Of a stretch of DNA of 64,000 nucleotides, positions 31,076-40,839 are shown one piece after another. The position numbers and the translations under genes were made by a program. Location of the stretch: contig JANNQV010000027.1 in NCBI GenBank assembly GCA_031400935.1, positions 186,001-250,000 on the forward strand. The letters are read 5' to 3'. The notes beneath the pieces are model-generated. The model was given only the letters and a program-made list of their open reading frames with translations. It had not been told where the DNA came from and made no database searches. Source of the DNA: Armatimonadota bacterium (GTDB lineage: Bacteria; Armatimonadota; Fimbriimonadia; Fimbriimonadales; Fimbriimonadaceae). The first letter of the stretch is position 1. Each line of letters starts with the position of its first letter.

Positions 31076-32262
31076 AAACGCCAATCAATCCACCCTTGAG
31101 ATTTTTGTTTTGAATTTGCGCCAAACCAGTCGGCACGAGCTTTAATAAACCTAGGCGCTCCGGTAACTTCAAAGTTCTGCCCACCGACGCGCAAAGTTCC
31201 GGCAGGAGTTGTGGACCAGGCCGCGATCTTGTAATTGTCGCCCTTCTTAAAAATGAGTCCAAAGATGTGGGCACCGGTTTCGATTCGGCTGATATATTCG
31301 TATCCACCAAGTTCCCGGTTTGCCTTTTGCATCGCGCGGTAACTTGCTTTCGGTTCGAGTTTGTCGTCAACTGTCCCAAATCTTCGAGCTTCTTCTTTTA
31401 CCTGCCACATTTCGTTCTTCCAACTGTAATGAATCGTAAGTGGGACTCCCGCAGCAAGGTTCGTTAGATAGGTTCGCACGGCCATCCAACTTTGGGCTTC
31501 TTCGTTCATGTTTTTGTAGGTTTCGCTGTAGCCCCATTCGCCGCACCAAATCGGCATTTCTTTCCCCTTTTCACCAGATTTGTTTAGCATTTGTCGCAGC
31601 CGTTGGTAGTCTGAAAGCACCGTTTCTGGGTTCTCTTGACGATACGGGTGGACGGTAAACGCATCAAAATACTCGTGCGATTTTGAAGCAATTACGGAAC
31701 TCAAATAGGGCCAATCGAAGCCGGAAGTAGAAGGGCCAATGAGTATTTCATTCGGGGCTGTTTGCTCAAAAGTTTCGCCTACAACTTTTGTGAGCTCAAT
31801 GTATTCGTCGACATTTGGAGTGGGAAGCCAGAAAATCGGCCAATTGGGTTCGTTCCATAGTTCCCAAACAATTCCACGGCCCTTGAAGTGCTGAAGCGAA
31901 GCTCTTACGTATTTTGCGAATGCGGCTCTTTGGCTCGGTGTTCTTGGCGACGATGTTCCGTAGTGCTTGTTTCCGAATGAGAGAGTGAAAATCGCACGAA
32001 TTCTGTGACTGTCTAGGTCTTCTAGTAGCTCTTCATAGGCCCAGAAGTTGTATTTGCCAGCAGTATCTTCGACTTGATGCCAAAAGTAGTTCATTCGAAC
32101 CCATTTGAATCCGGCGTCGGCAATCTTCTTGACCTCGCTTGGCTGTTCGCGGGTGAAATGAATATTTACCCCCCATCCGCTGCCAAAGATGTTTGAGGGC
32201 ATATTTGGGTCTGCACTCTTGCCAGAACCTATAAAAACGGTCGCAACTAGAAGGGAGATCAT
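31057..32262 (-). CDS. Secreted clan GH-A glycoside hydrolase (GH5/GH39-like)
   Basis: GFKWVR, WELWNEPN acid/base, VHPY, WCGEWGY nucleophile. Confidence 0.85.
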   Translation of the reverse strand: MISLLVATVFIGSGKSADPNMPSNIFGSGWGVNIHFTREQPSEVKKIADAGFKWVRMNYFWHQVEDTAGKYNFWAYEELLEDLDSHRIRAIFTLSFGNKHYGTSSPRTPSQRAAFAKYVRASLQHFKGRGIVWELWNEPNWPIFWLPTPNVDEYIELTKVVGETFEQTAPNEILIGPSTSGFDWPYLSSVIASKSHEYFDAFTVHPYRQENPETVLSDYQRLRQMLNKSGEKGKEMPIWCGEWGYSETYKNMNEEAQSWMAVRTYLTNLAAGVPLTIHYSWKNEMWQVKEEARRFGTVDDKLEPKASYRAMQKANRELGGYEYISRIETGAHIFGLIFKKGDNYKIAAWSTTPAGTLRVGGQNFEVTGAPRFIKARADWFGANSKQKSQGWIDWRFGSARA

Positions 32263-32519
32263 TGTTAATTCTAACGTTCAAAGTCGTAAGGAGATTCCGA
32301 AGGATTGTTGCAGGTTCTGTGCCGCGCGAAGTATTTCCGAAAGTAGAATAAAATTAGCGCCATTGAACGGAGCTGGGGCAACTAATATCACGGTAGGGAC
32401 GTGATCAAGCTCCGTGAACCGGAACGCGGAGCTGAAGCTTTAGCGGAATGCGGAGAAACCTAGGTAATCAGGCGAAACAGTTGCTCCGCGCTCCATATCT
32501 AGACGCTCCGCGCTCCACG

Positions 32520-33083
32520 TCATTTCCCAGCTTTCTTCAGTCCCTCAAACGCCTCTCGAACGACCTTCGCTTCGCCCTGCGTCATTTTGGGTGCGGCGAT
32601 GCCAAGCATGTTCATAAAATGGGCAATTTCCTTAGGTTCATACGGGCATCCGATGTTCCCGCCCTTTCCAGCGCAGTTTGGTTGGACAATCGAATTCACG
32701 AGTAATTTCCCTTTGGCATCAGCGAAGTAGAAAAATGGAAGACCAGCGCCTTTTCCGCCCATTTTTTCCATCAGGGCTTCACCGCCAGTATTTTCTAGGT
32801 TCTTTTTGTCCTTTGACTCCATTACCACGAGCTTTCGGATTACAAAGTATTTTTCAAGAATCGGCTTGACCGCAGGCAGAGTCATCACGGACTCCATCTT
32901 ATGGCACCAGCCTCACCAAGATGCGTCGAAAAGCACAAAAACGTTTCGATTAGAACGGGCGGACTCGCTCTGAGCCGACTTGATGATTTCAGCGGCTGAC
33001 AACGGTGCCTGCACCTGTGTTGGTTGTGCATTTGCCGAGACCAATGCAACAGCGAAAAGCAAGCTTGCAAATATTTTTTTCAT
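32520..33083 (-). CDS. Candidate selenoprotein: exported thioredoxin-family protein with UxxC active site
   Basis: MKKIFASLLFAVALVSANAQ...VFVLFDASW-TGA-GWCHKMES is in frame with ORF 32520-32897. The TGA (32915-32913) occupies the first Cys of WCxxC; GLPFF cis-Pro motif present. Confidence 0.85.
32877..32896 (-). promoter_or_regulatory. Candidate bacterial SECIS hairpin
   Basis: UGGAGUC-CGUGAU-GACUCUG; loop begins 23 nt after the UGA, with G at loop position 2. Confidence 0.55.
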
Positions 33084-33434
33084 AAGTTTTCTCGTAATTC
33101 GGAAGGAAGTACGTCTTCTGTTTAGAATCCTACTCTAACAATTCGATCCAAGTCTATGACAGTTTTTGCAACATTCAAGATTTGAGACAAATTGTGACTG
33201 CCAAATCCTTAAATAGACTGTTGATGAAAGCCAATTTCAAATCCTGGCACCACCTTCGGGGTGCAGGTTTGGGGACACTTTGCACCTGGGGTCTCTCAAG
33301 ATCGACCCCAGGCTATTGGGATTTGATCCTTTCAGGATCATTTCTCAACAGTCACTTAAGAGATTTTGAAGAATTGTTGAAAAATGCAACCAATCCGAGC
33401 AGTTCCGAACTAGAATAGAACTGGACATACCGAA

Positions 33435-33902
33435 ATGGCTAAATACACATTGGACGTAAATGGAAGGCCTCATACATTCGAGGCTGCGGAAGACATGCCG
33501 CTGCTTTGGGCATTGCGCGACCTAATCGGACTGACAGGCTCGAAGTACGGATGCGGGTTTGGAGTCTGCGGCGCTTGCACAGTCCTTGTGGACGGACACG
33601 CAGAAAAAACTTGCCAATTGCCGGTCTCTCGTTTTGTAGGAAAGAAAATCATCACGATTGAAGGACTTGCGGCGGCAGGTTCGCACCCAGTTCAAAAAGC
33701 ATGGATGGAAGAGGATGTTCCTCAGTGCGGTTATTGCCAAGGTGGTCAGATACTGGCGGCAGTTGCCCTTTTGAAGACAACCGCCAAACCCACTGACGAA
33801 GACATTGACGTTGCCATGCAAGGCAACATTTGTAGGTGCGGAACCTATGACCGGATTCGCAAAGCGATTCATCGAGCCGCAAAGGAGGCGCAGCCGAAAT
33901 GA
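33435..33902 (+). CDS. (2Fe-2S)-binding small subunit of a molybdo-oxidoreductase (IorA/CoxS type)
   Basis: [22 protein letters not shown]. Confidence 0.95.
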   Translation: MAKYTLDVNGRPHTFEAAEDMPLLWALRDLIGLTGSKYGCGFGVCGACTVLVDGHAEKTCQLPVSRFVGKKIITIEGLAAAGSHPVQKAWMEEDVPQCGYCQGGQILAAVALLKTTAKPTDEDIDVAMQGNICRCGTYDRIRKAIHRAAKEAQPK

Positions 33903-35953
33903 GCGCAATTCCAGTTAGTCGTCGTGGATTTTTGGCAGTAACTGCGGTTGCAGGTGCCGGCCTTGTTTTGGGAAGCGTTTCGCGAGCGAGCACTCCTTCA
34001 AAGAAAAAGGGCGAAGCCGCATTTGCACCCAACGTTTTTGTACAAATTGACCCAAATGGAGATGTCGCGATAACTGTGCCTCGCCCCGATATGGGACAAG
34101 GCGTAAGGACTTCGTTAGCTATGATCGTCGCCGAAGAACTTGGGGTGGATTGGAGCAAAGTCAAAGTCGTCCAAGCCGAAGGGGACGGCGCGAAATATGG
34201 CAATCAGGGAGTTGGCGGAAGCGGTAGCGTTCGAGGTTCATTCGAGCCATTACGACATGCTGGGGCTACGGCGGCGGCAATGCTCAAGCAAGCGGCAGCT
34301 GATCTTGGTGGAGGAAGTGCGTCAACCTGCTCAATTGAAAACGGAGTCGTTACCTGCGGAGCAAAAAAATACTCTTTCAAAGATTTGGTTGCCAAGGCGA
34401 GCCAAGTTCCCGTGCCAGCCAAAGAGCAGTTAGTTTTGAAAGCAAAGGCCGACTACAAAATCGTGGGCAAACCCACGAAACGAGTTGACAATCGAGATGT
34501 TGTGACCGGTATTGCAGGTTTTGGCCTGGATGTAAAGCTTCCCGGTATGAAAATGGCAGTCATTGCGAGAACCCCTGCATTCGGCGCAAAAGTAATTTCA
34601 TTTGATGAAGTCAAAGCTCGGGCGGTGCCCGGCGTCAGAGAAGTTTTTCAAGTAGGAAACGGCGTCGCTGTGGTTGCTGATCATACTTGGGCTGCGATAA
34701 CTGGCCGAAAGGCATTAAACGTCAAATGGGACTTGGGAGAGAACGCGACATTGAATTCTGCGGAAATCTCGCGACGAATGAAAGCTGAAATCGTTGCTTT
34801 TCCTGCTATGCCTCCAAGCGCTTCCAAAGTCATTGAAGCCAACTATGAGCTTCCATTCCTTTCTCATGCGCCAATGGAACCAATGAACTGTACGGCTTGG
34901 TTCAAGGGCGATTCGTGCGAAGTTTGGGTTCCCACCCAAGGGCCGGATCGCGTACGTGATATGGTGGCCCAGCAGCTACAGATAACTCCAGATAAGGTCA
35001 AATTGAATCCAACCTTGGTTGGAGGCGGATTTGGCAGGAGATTGGGAGCGGACTTTGTTTCTGAGTGCATTGGGATTGCACGAAAAGTCAGCTTTCCAGT
35101 TCAATTGGTTTGGACTCGTGACGACGATACACAGCACGACTTTTATCGTCCAGCAAGCTATCACGCCTTCAAGGGTGCCATAGACGCATCTGGATTGCCT
35201 GTGGCTGCTTTTCAGCAAGCCGTTTTAGCTGGGGGAAGGAATCGTGGCGGAAACGAATTTGGCGGATTGCAAGCTTCGTACAAACTTGAGGCTGGCGGAA
35301 CACGAAATGCCAACGCACCCTCACCAATTCCAACGGGAGCATGGCGATCCGTTGAGAACACATATCAAGTTTTTGTAACGGAGTCGTTTTTCGATGAGCT
35401 TTGCGCTGCGGGTGGCAAGGACCCGGTAGCCATGCGGAAGCAATTCATGACGAACAATCGCTTGAAGGCAACTTTGGTTTTGGCAGCAGAGAAGGCTAAA
35501 TGGGGAACACCGCTACCTGCGGGCTGGGGGAGAGGAGTGGCTTGTTTTGCTGGATACGGATCGTACATTACTCAAATCGTGGAAGTTGAAGTGAAAGATG
35601 GTTTGGTAAAGGTTCATAAGGTAGTGGCCGTAGTGGACTGCGGTCTAGCGGTGAATCCATTAGGTGTTGAAGCTCAGGTTCAAGGCGCGACCATGGACGG
35701 TGTTTCCACGACTCTGTATTCGGCGATTTCGATTGACAAAGGTGGAGCAGTCGAGCAGCATTTCCTTGATTTTGGATGGGGAATCATTGCTGATGCACCA
35801 AAAATGGACATCACCATTATCAGCGAAGGCGATCGGCCTGGCGGCATGGGCGAAGTTGGCTATCCGGCTTCTGTTCCTGCCATTTGCAACGCGATCTTTG
35901 CGGCTTGCGGAAAGCGCATTCGAACATTGCCTGTTCGCGAACAACTCGCCTAA
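33899..35953 (+). CDS. Xanthine-dehydrogenase-family molybdopterin subunit (IorB type), Tat-exported
   Basis: SRRGFL Tat motif, DMGQG, HAPMEP, GGGFGRR, WRSV, GGMGEVG. Confidence 0.93.
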   Translation: MSAIPVSRRGFLAVTAVAGAGLVLGSVSRASTPSKKKGEAAFAPNVFVQIDPNGDVAITVPRPDMGQGVRTSLAMIVAEELGVDWSKVKVVQAEGDGAKYGNQGVGGSGSVRGSFEPLRHAGATAAAMLKQAAADLGGGSASTCSIENGVVTCGAKKYSFKDLVAKASQVPVPAKEQLVLKAKADYKIVGKPTKRVDNRDVVTGIAGFGLDVKLPGMKMAVIARTPAFGAKVISFDEVKARAVPGVREVFQVGNGVAVVADHTWAAITGRKALNVKWDLGENATLNSAEISRRMKAEIVAFPAMPPSASKVIEANYELPFLSHAPMEPMNCTAWFKGDSCEVWVPTQGPDRVRDMVAQQLQITPDKVKLNPTLVGGGFGRRLGADFVSECIGIARKVSFPVQLVWTRDDDTQHDFYRPASYHAFKGAIDASGLPVAAFQQAVLAGGRNRGGNEFGGLQASYKLEAGGTRNANAPSPIPTGAWRSVENTYQVFVTESFFDELCAAGGKDPVAMRKQFMTNNRLKATLVLAAEKAKWGTPLPAGWGRGVACFAGYGSYITQIVEVEVKDGLVKVHKVVAVVDCGLAVNPLGVEAQVQGATMDGVSTTLYSAISIDKGGAVEQHFLDFGWGIIADAPKMDITIISEGDRPGGMGEVGYPASVPAICNAIFAACGKRIRTLPVREQLA

Positions 35954-35960
35954 TTGACCT

Positions 35961-36971
35961 ATGGAAGAGATACGCCAGCTCTATGAATGGCATCAAAGTG
36001 GCATTCGGGCGGCGATGGCGACAGTTATCCAAACGTGGGGTTCTTCTCCTCGTCCTGTCGGGTCAATTCTTGCCGTCTCAGAGACGGGTGACATTGTCGG
36101 TTCGGTGAGCGGCGGATGCGTGGAAAGCGAGGTGATTTTGGCCTGTCAATCAGCGATTATTTCAGGTGAAACACAATTCTTAGACTTCAAACAAATTAGC
36201 GAAAAGGATGCCTGGGAGGTTGGACTAACCTGCGGCGGAAGGGTTGAGGTTTTCGTGGAGCCTAGTCCGTATGATTCTGATGATGATTATACGCTTGCAA
36301 TTTGGGAGTTATTCCAAAAATTGCTTGAGGATGGAGTTACTTATAGGCTGTATCGTAACTTATCTGCACGTGAAGACTTCATTGGAATTGAAGATTTAAT
36401 GAGCACTTTCGGTGTGGCAAGAGTAGCTGAGATTGAGCAAGCAGATGAATCGTTAGCCTTCGAAGTATCAGCTGAAAGATGGTTCTTGCTTATCGAGTTC
36501 CAGCCAATCCATCTTATTGTCGTTGGCGCATCGCACATCGCTATCCCGTTGTTCCAAATCGCGAATGCAATGGGAATGAGTACAACACTCATTGATCCTC
36601 GCGCACAACTTGCAGAACAAACTAGATTTCCAGTTCAGCCAAACAAAACCTTCGTGGGTTGGCCAGAAGAAATTTGGCTCAAACTATTGATTCACTCAAA
36701 GTCGTGCGTGATCACACTTTCACATGACGACAAGATTGACATTCCCGCTCTTGCGGCGGCTTTACGATCAAATGTCCGGTACATTGGTGCTCTTGGAAGC
36801 AAAGCAACACAAATGCAACGTCGAGACAAACTCAGGGAAATCGGGTTCGAGGATTCCGAAATTGACAGAATTCATGGGCCAATTGGACTCAACATCGGTG
36901 CTAAGAGTCCTGAGGAGATCGCGCTGAGCATTGTTGTTGAAATCATTCAGGAGTTTCGCAATGCAAACTAA
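35961..36971 (+). CDS. xdhC: XdhC/CoxI molybdenum-cofactor insertion chaperone
   Basis: GSSPRPVG, GSVSGGCVE, GLTCGG, YIGALGS, PIGLNIGAKSPEEIA. Confidence 0.93.
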   Translation: MEEIRQLYEWHQSGIRAAMATVIQTWGSSPRPVGSILAVSETGDIVGSVSGGCVESEVILACQSAIISGETQFLDFKQISEKDAWEVGLTCGGRVEVFVEPSPYDSDDDYTLAIWELFQKLLEDGVTYRLYRNLSAREDFIGIEDLMSTFGVARVAEIEQADESLAFEVSAERWFLLIEFQPIHLIVVGASHIAIPLFQIANAMGMSTTLIDPRAQLAEQTRFPVQPNKTFVGWPEEIWLKLLIHSKSCVITLSHDDKIDIPALAAALRSNVRYIGALGSKATQMQRRDKLREIGFEDSEIDRIHGPIGLNIGAKSPEEIALSIVVEIIQEFRNAN

Positions 36972-37548
36972 ACGAATTTGTGCTGCGATTCTGGCATCGG
37001 GTTCTTCTAAGCGCTTTGGCGAAGGGTCAAAACTTCTCCAGCATTTCAACGGTTTGCCGATCATTGACCTGGTAATCAATTCGATTCTAAGGGTCAACGA
37101 GATTACTGAAGTCATCGCAATTGTTCGTTCGGACGACCACAATTTGAGAGCACTGCTGAGCACAAGGGATGTACGAGTTATTCAGAACTCGAACTATCAG
37201 GAAGGAATCTCCGCGTCCATTCGAACTGCAGTGAAAGAAGCTAAGGACTTTGACGGCTTGTTGATTTGCCCTGCGGATATGCCTTGGCTCACTTCGGCTT
37301 CAATTGAAAGACTTTGTTTAGCATGGAAAGCCGCTGGGAGCTCTGGCATCGCGGCCGCAATTGCTGATGGACAATTGAGAAGTCCTGCTGTTTTTGGAAG
37401 CGATTGGTTCCCAAAGCTTCTCGAATGTATGGGAGACAATGGCGCAAAATGGATTCTGGATTCCAACAGCGCAAGTGTTGATCCAATTGTCATTCCATGC
37501 CAAGAGCTTGAGGACATTGACCTACGAAAAGAATTGCAAGGAAGCTGA
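36961..37548 (+). CDS. mocA: Molybdenum cofactor cytidylyltransferase (MocA-like)
   Basis: ILASGSSKRFG..KLL, ADMP, GDNGA, EDID. Confidence 0.8.
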   Translation: MQTKRICAAILASGSSKRFGEGSKLLQHFNGLPIIDLVINSILRVNEITEVIAIVRSDDHNLRALLSTRDVRVIQNSNYQEGISASIRTAVKEAKDFDGLLICPADMPWLTSASIERLCLAWKAAGSSGIAAAIADGQLRSPAVFGSDWFPKLLECMGDNGAKWILDSNSASVDPIVIPCQELEDIDLRKELQGS

Positions 37549-37557
37549 GCCTCAAAC

Positions 37558-37594
37558 AAAAAAAGCTCCCAACCAACTTGATTGAGAGCCTTTT
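37558..37594. terminator. Probable bidirectional terminator
   Basis: A-tract, GCTC/GAGC-closed hairpin and T-tract between convergent mocA and rpmE2. Confidence 0.55.
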
Positions 37595-37611
37595 CAAAAG
37601 GAGAGATTTCG

Positions 37612-37869
37612 TTATTTTTTCTTCAAATTGTCCATTTGCGTTTGGTATCGACGCATGAATTTCTCAACTCGTCCTGCCGTATCAACAAGCTTCTTTTGAC
37701 CTGTGTAAAAAGGATGCGAGAAGGCGGAAATGTCAACGTTGATCACGCCATATTCAACTCCGTCAATCGTCTTGGTGTTGTTTGGCTTCATTGTCGAAAT
37801 GCCAATCCATTCGTGGTCGCCATCTACGTAGACGACTGGGTGATTTACAGGGTGAATGCCTTCTTTCAT
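37612..37869 (-). CDS. rpmE2: 50S ribosomal protein L31 type B
   Basis: MKEGIHP...[21 protein letters not shown]; no Cys residues. Confidence 0.95.
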   Translation of the reverse strand: MKEGIHPVNHPVVYVDGDHEWIGISTMKPNNTKTIDGVEYGVINVDISAFSHPFYTGQKKLVDTAGRVEKFMRRYQTQMDNLKKK

Positions 37870-37986
37870 GGGGGAAAACGGTCTCCGAACTTGGAATTAT
37901 GGCACAAATGAAGTCATTTTGGCAAGCAGAGCTCGTTTCAAATCAAAAAACTGGATCAAGACTTTCCCTTGATTCGTCAAAATGTC

Positions 37987-38121
37987 ATGCGATTAGCAAA
38001 GGTGATTCTTCTCATTCTTGCTGCACTTGCCGTCGGTTGCAAAACCATTGAAGGCGGCTACGAAGCCAACAAAGACAAGCAGTCCGCAAAGCAAGAGAAG
38101 ATGCTCAACGAAGGGGAATAG
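37987..38121 (+). CDS. Small lipoprotein (44 aa, entericidin-like start)
   Basis: MRLAKVILLILAALAVG-CKTIEGGYEANKDK...; below the ORF-track cutoff. Confidence 0.55.
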   Translation: MRLAKVILLILAALAVGCKTIEGGYEANKDKQSAKQEKMLNEGE

Positions 38122-38201
38122 CTGACCATTCTCCAGAAAAGTGAACGGCGCGGAATGGTGCTTTGGACGAATTTGTGGTTCTAAAGTGCTATGATCGGTA
38201 A

Positions 38202-38441
38202 ATGAGGCCAAGTCTTCGCGCACTGATTCTTGCAGGAATTGCATTCTCATTCTCGTGCAATGCTCCGCCACCTGAACAGTCGAAGACCACTCGGAATCAA
38301 GGTGAAATGGTTTATGTTTTGGAGAACGGCAAGTCTTTTCACACTCGCAATTGCCGCTTGAAGAGCGGTTCGAAGGCAATCAAACTCTCTGAAGCAAAAA
38401 AGCAGGGCTACAAGTCATGCAAAGTCTGCCAGCCGGGCTAA
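38202..38441 (+). CDS. Small lipoprotein with Ada-like zinc-binding motif
   Basis: FSC lipobox; GKSFHTRNC...GYKSCKVCQP. Confidence 0.7.
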   Translation: MRPSLRALILAGIAFSFSCNAPPPEQSKTTRNQGEMVYVLENGKSFHTRNCRLKSGSKAIKLSEAKKQGYKSCKVCQPG

Positions 38442-39643
38442 GCGTGGACTCTTAATTTGTCCCTCACCTTTTTGAAAGCCTCCAGCGCAAACGCTAAATC
38501 CTCGTGCGTATGCGTTGCATTTGGCATTGTTCGAAGCCTTGCCTTTCCTCTTGCAACAGTTGGGAAGGCAATAGCAAGCGCGTAGACTCCCTCTTCAAAA
38601 AGCATCTTTTCCATGGTTTGAGCTACTGCTTCATCGCCCACGAAAACTGGAGTGATGGGTGATTCTGAACCCATCGTATCGAATCCAGCTTCCTGCAAAG
38701 CATTTTTCCACCAGCGAGTGTTATCCCACAGCTTACGCATGGGCTCGGGGTCGTTTTCCATGATATCAAGTGCGGCAATGAGTGCTGCAGCGACCATAGG
38801 TGGATGCGCCGTGCTGAAAAGATACGGCCTACCCCGATTAATGAGCCAATCTTTGAGAAAAGCAGATCCCGCGATATAACCACCAACGACACCGAGGGCT
38901 TTGCTGAGCGTTCCAAGCTGGATATCCACCTTCCCATAGAGTTCAAAATGCGAAACAGTTCCGGCTCCATTCTTACCAAGAACTCCGCTTCCATGAGCGT
39001 CGTCAATCATTACAATGGCTTCGTATTGCTCGGCGAGGCGCACGATGTCTGGCATCGGGGCGATGTCTCCGTCCATGCTAAAAACGCCATCTGTGATGAT
39101 AAGTTTCTTTCCAAATCCAGTTTCATTGGCAAGTTTCAAAGCTCGCTCAAGGTCCTCCATATCTTTGTGCCGGTAAACCCATCCATCAGATTTCTTATAG
39201 GCAGCCGGAGAAAGCCGTACGCCATCAATGATGCTTGCGTGGTTCAGCTCGTCGGAAATGACAACATCTTTGTCAGTTAGCACAGCGGGGATGCATCCTG
39301 AATTTGCCGTAAAGCCGGACGTGAAAACAAGGACGGCTTCGGTGTGTTTGAATTTGGCAAGGCGTTGTTCGAGCTCGTCATGGACGCTCATCGTGCCACC
39401 AATCCAGCGCACAGCTCCTGCGCCCACGCCCCATTTTTCGATTGCTTCTAAGGCGGCTTGACGCACTTTCGGGTGGTTTGCCAATCCGAGATAATTGTTG
39501 CTGGAAAGGTTGACGACATCTCTTCCGTTCATCCTGACTCGCCCGCCCGCCGGGCTTTCAAGGATCTTAGGCGATTTATAGAGGTGCTGATCCCTTAGCT
39601 GCTGCAAGTTTTCGGCGAGCCAAGATTGAAAAGCGGGATTCAT
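38438..39643 (-). CDS. kbl: Glycine C-acetyltransferase / 8-amino-7-oxononanoate synthase family
   Basis: SNNYLGLA, NHASIIDG, DGVFSMDGD, DDAHG, GTLSKA. Confidence 0.85.
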   Translation of the reverse strand: MNPAFQSWLAENLQQLRDQHLYKSPKILESPAGGRVRMNGRDVVNLSSNNYLGLANHPKVRQAALEAIEKWGVGAGAVRWIGGTMSVHDELEQRLAKFKHTEAVLVFTSGFTANSGCIPAVLTDKDVVISDELNHASIIDGVRLSPAAYKKSDGWVYRHKDMEDLERALKLANETGFGKKLIITDGVFSMDGDIAPMPDIVRLAEQYEAIVMIDDAHGSGVLGKNGAGTVSHFELYGKVDIQLGTLSKALGVVGGYIAGSAFLKDWLINRGRPYLFSTAHPPMVAAALIAALDIMENDPEPMRKLWDNTRWWKNALQEAGFDTMGSESPITPVFVGDEAVAQTMEKMLFEEGVYALAIAFPTVARGKARLRTMPNATHTHEDLAFALEAFKKVRDKLRVHA

Positions 39644-39677
39644 ACCATCATTTTGGCTGAAATTTGATCGGACTGAT

Positions 39678-40538
39678 TTATCGCCGAAGGGTTTCCATAT
39701 CGGCTATAGGATGATGCGGATTCAGCTTTCTTGCCGCTTCAAACGACTCTCCAGCTTCGCGGTGGAGACCAAGCCGTTTCTGGGTAATACCGAGCAAGGC
39801 GTATGCGTCAGCCATGATTGGGTTTATGGCAACGGCTTGCTCGAATTGTTCCAATGCTTCTTCCACGCGGTCCAGTTCTAGCAGCACCTGCCCGAATTGA
39901 CATCGAATATCCGGATAATTTGGCCGCTCGTCTATGATTTCTTGCCAAGCAGCAGACGCACTATTCCAATCGGAATTTTCTGCAAAGGATTGTGCAGTAA
40001 CAATCTTTTTGCGAATCTCGACTTCAGATGTAAATGTTGCTTTGTCAAAGGCTTTTAGAGCAACGGCTCGATTTCCGTTTCGCAATTCATCGCGGATGAA
40101 CGCAAGCACTTCTGGTTCGATGTCAAGTTCAGCTGTGTAGGATATGGTGTCGCTGAATTGAAGAGCAGCGGTATATTTTGGATTGAGCTTAATTGCAGAT
40201 TCGAGTGCACCTTGAACCTCCGTTAAGTTTCCTTCAAGAAACCACGCTCGGGCATTAAGGAAATGAAGATCAGCGAAAACGGTCCGAATTTGGAGTGCAA
40301 TTTGGATCGTTTTTATTGCAGCAGTGCCATTACCTTGCTCAATCTGGCTGGAAGCGAGTTTTCGGCAACACTGTACTATTGAAGATTCAGCTAATTTGAC
40401 AATTGAATGATCTTTGGATTCTTTGCAGGCTTTCAAAAAGAGTTCTATTGCAGTTTCAAAATCACCCGAACGCATTGCTCGAAGGCCGTCGTCATAGGCG
40501 GAATTTTTGCCGAATGTAAACCAATGTCCTGGAAGCAT
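39678..40538 (-). CDS. TPR-repeat protein
   Basis: Multiple TPR motifs (PNYPDIR, NPKY, NPIMADA). Confidence 0.85.
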   Translation of the reverse strand: MLPGHWFTFGKNSAYDDGLRAMRSGDFETAIELFLKACKESKDHSIVKLAESSIVQCCRKLASSQIEQGNGTAAIKTIQIALQIRTVFADLHFLNARAWFLEGNLTEVQGALESAIKLNPKYTAALQFSDTISYTAELDIEPEVLAFIRDELRNGNRAVALKAFDKATFTSEVEIRKKIVTAQSFAENSDWNSASAAWQEIIDERPNYPDIRCQFGQVLLELDRVEEALEQFEQAVAINPIMADAYALLGITQKRLGLHREAGESFEAARKLNPHHPIADMETLRR

Positions 40539-40571
40539 AATGATCTTTGATTTCGATCCAAGAAGGAAAAG

Positions 40572-40746
40572 GCCATCCTAGCCATTGCGCCCGCCAATCC
40601 ATTGGCCATTGTTACTGACGGGTTTTGGGGTCAAAAAGAAGCTTCAAGCGGAATAAATTCCGCGAACCGGAATAGGTCCCAATCTACGATTGCCCTTCAC
40701 GAACTGCGGTCATCTTCACTGCGTTCAGCGGGGTCTAGGGATCGGC
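40572..40746 (-). ncRNA. Probable 6S (SsrS)-like long-hairpin RNA
   Basis: End pairing GCCGAUCCCUAGACC/GGCUAGGAUGGC and CCCGCUGA/UUGGCGGG (G-U pairs favour the minus strand); inner stems around a bubble; CATACT just upstream; ~175 nt. Confidence 0.5.
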
Positions 40747-40839
40747 GGGATTTCGAGTATGATTTCCGGGCGATAATGCGCGGACAGAGCGTCCGCGGAC
40801 CTTCTGCGGGCTGAGTGCCCGCGCTCCTTGAGTATCCAA

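Noticed and set aside
28981..33083. Genome-wide UGA reassignment (Trp/Gly code) as the explanation for the in-frame TGAs
   Set aside because: TGA ends genes at their expected C-termini (mgtE 24942, the 2Fe-2S subunit 33902, fliN 49474, permease 61557), and long genes contain no internal TGA. Recoding must be site-specific.
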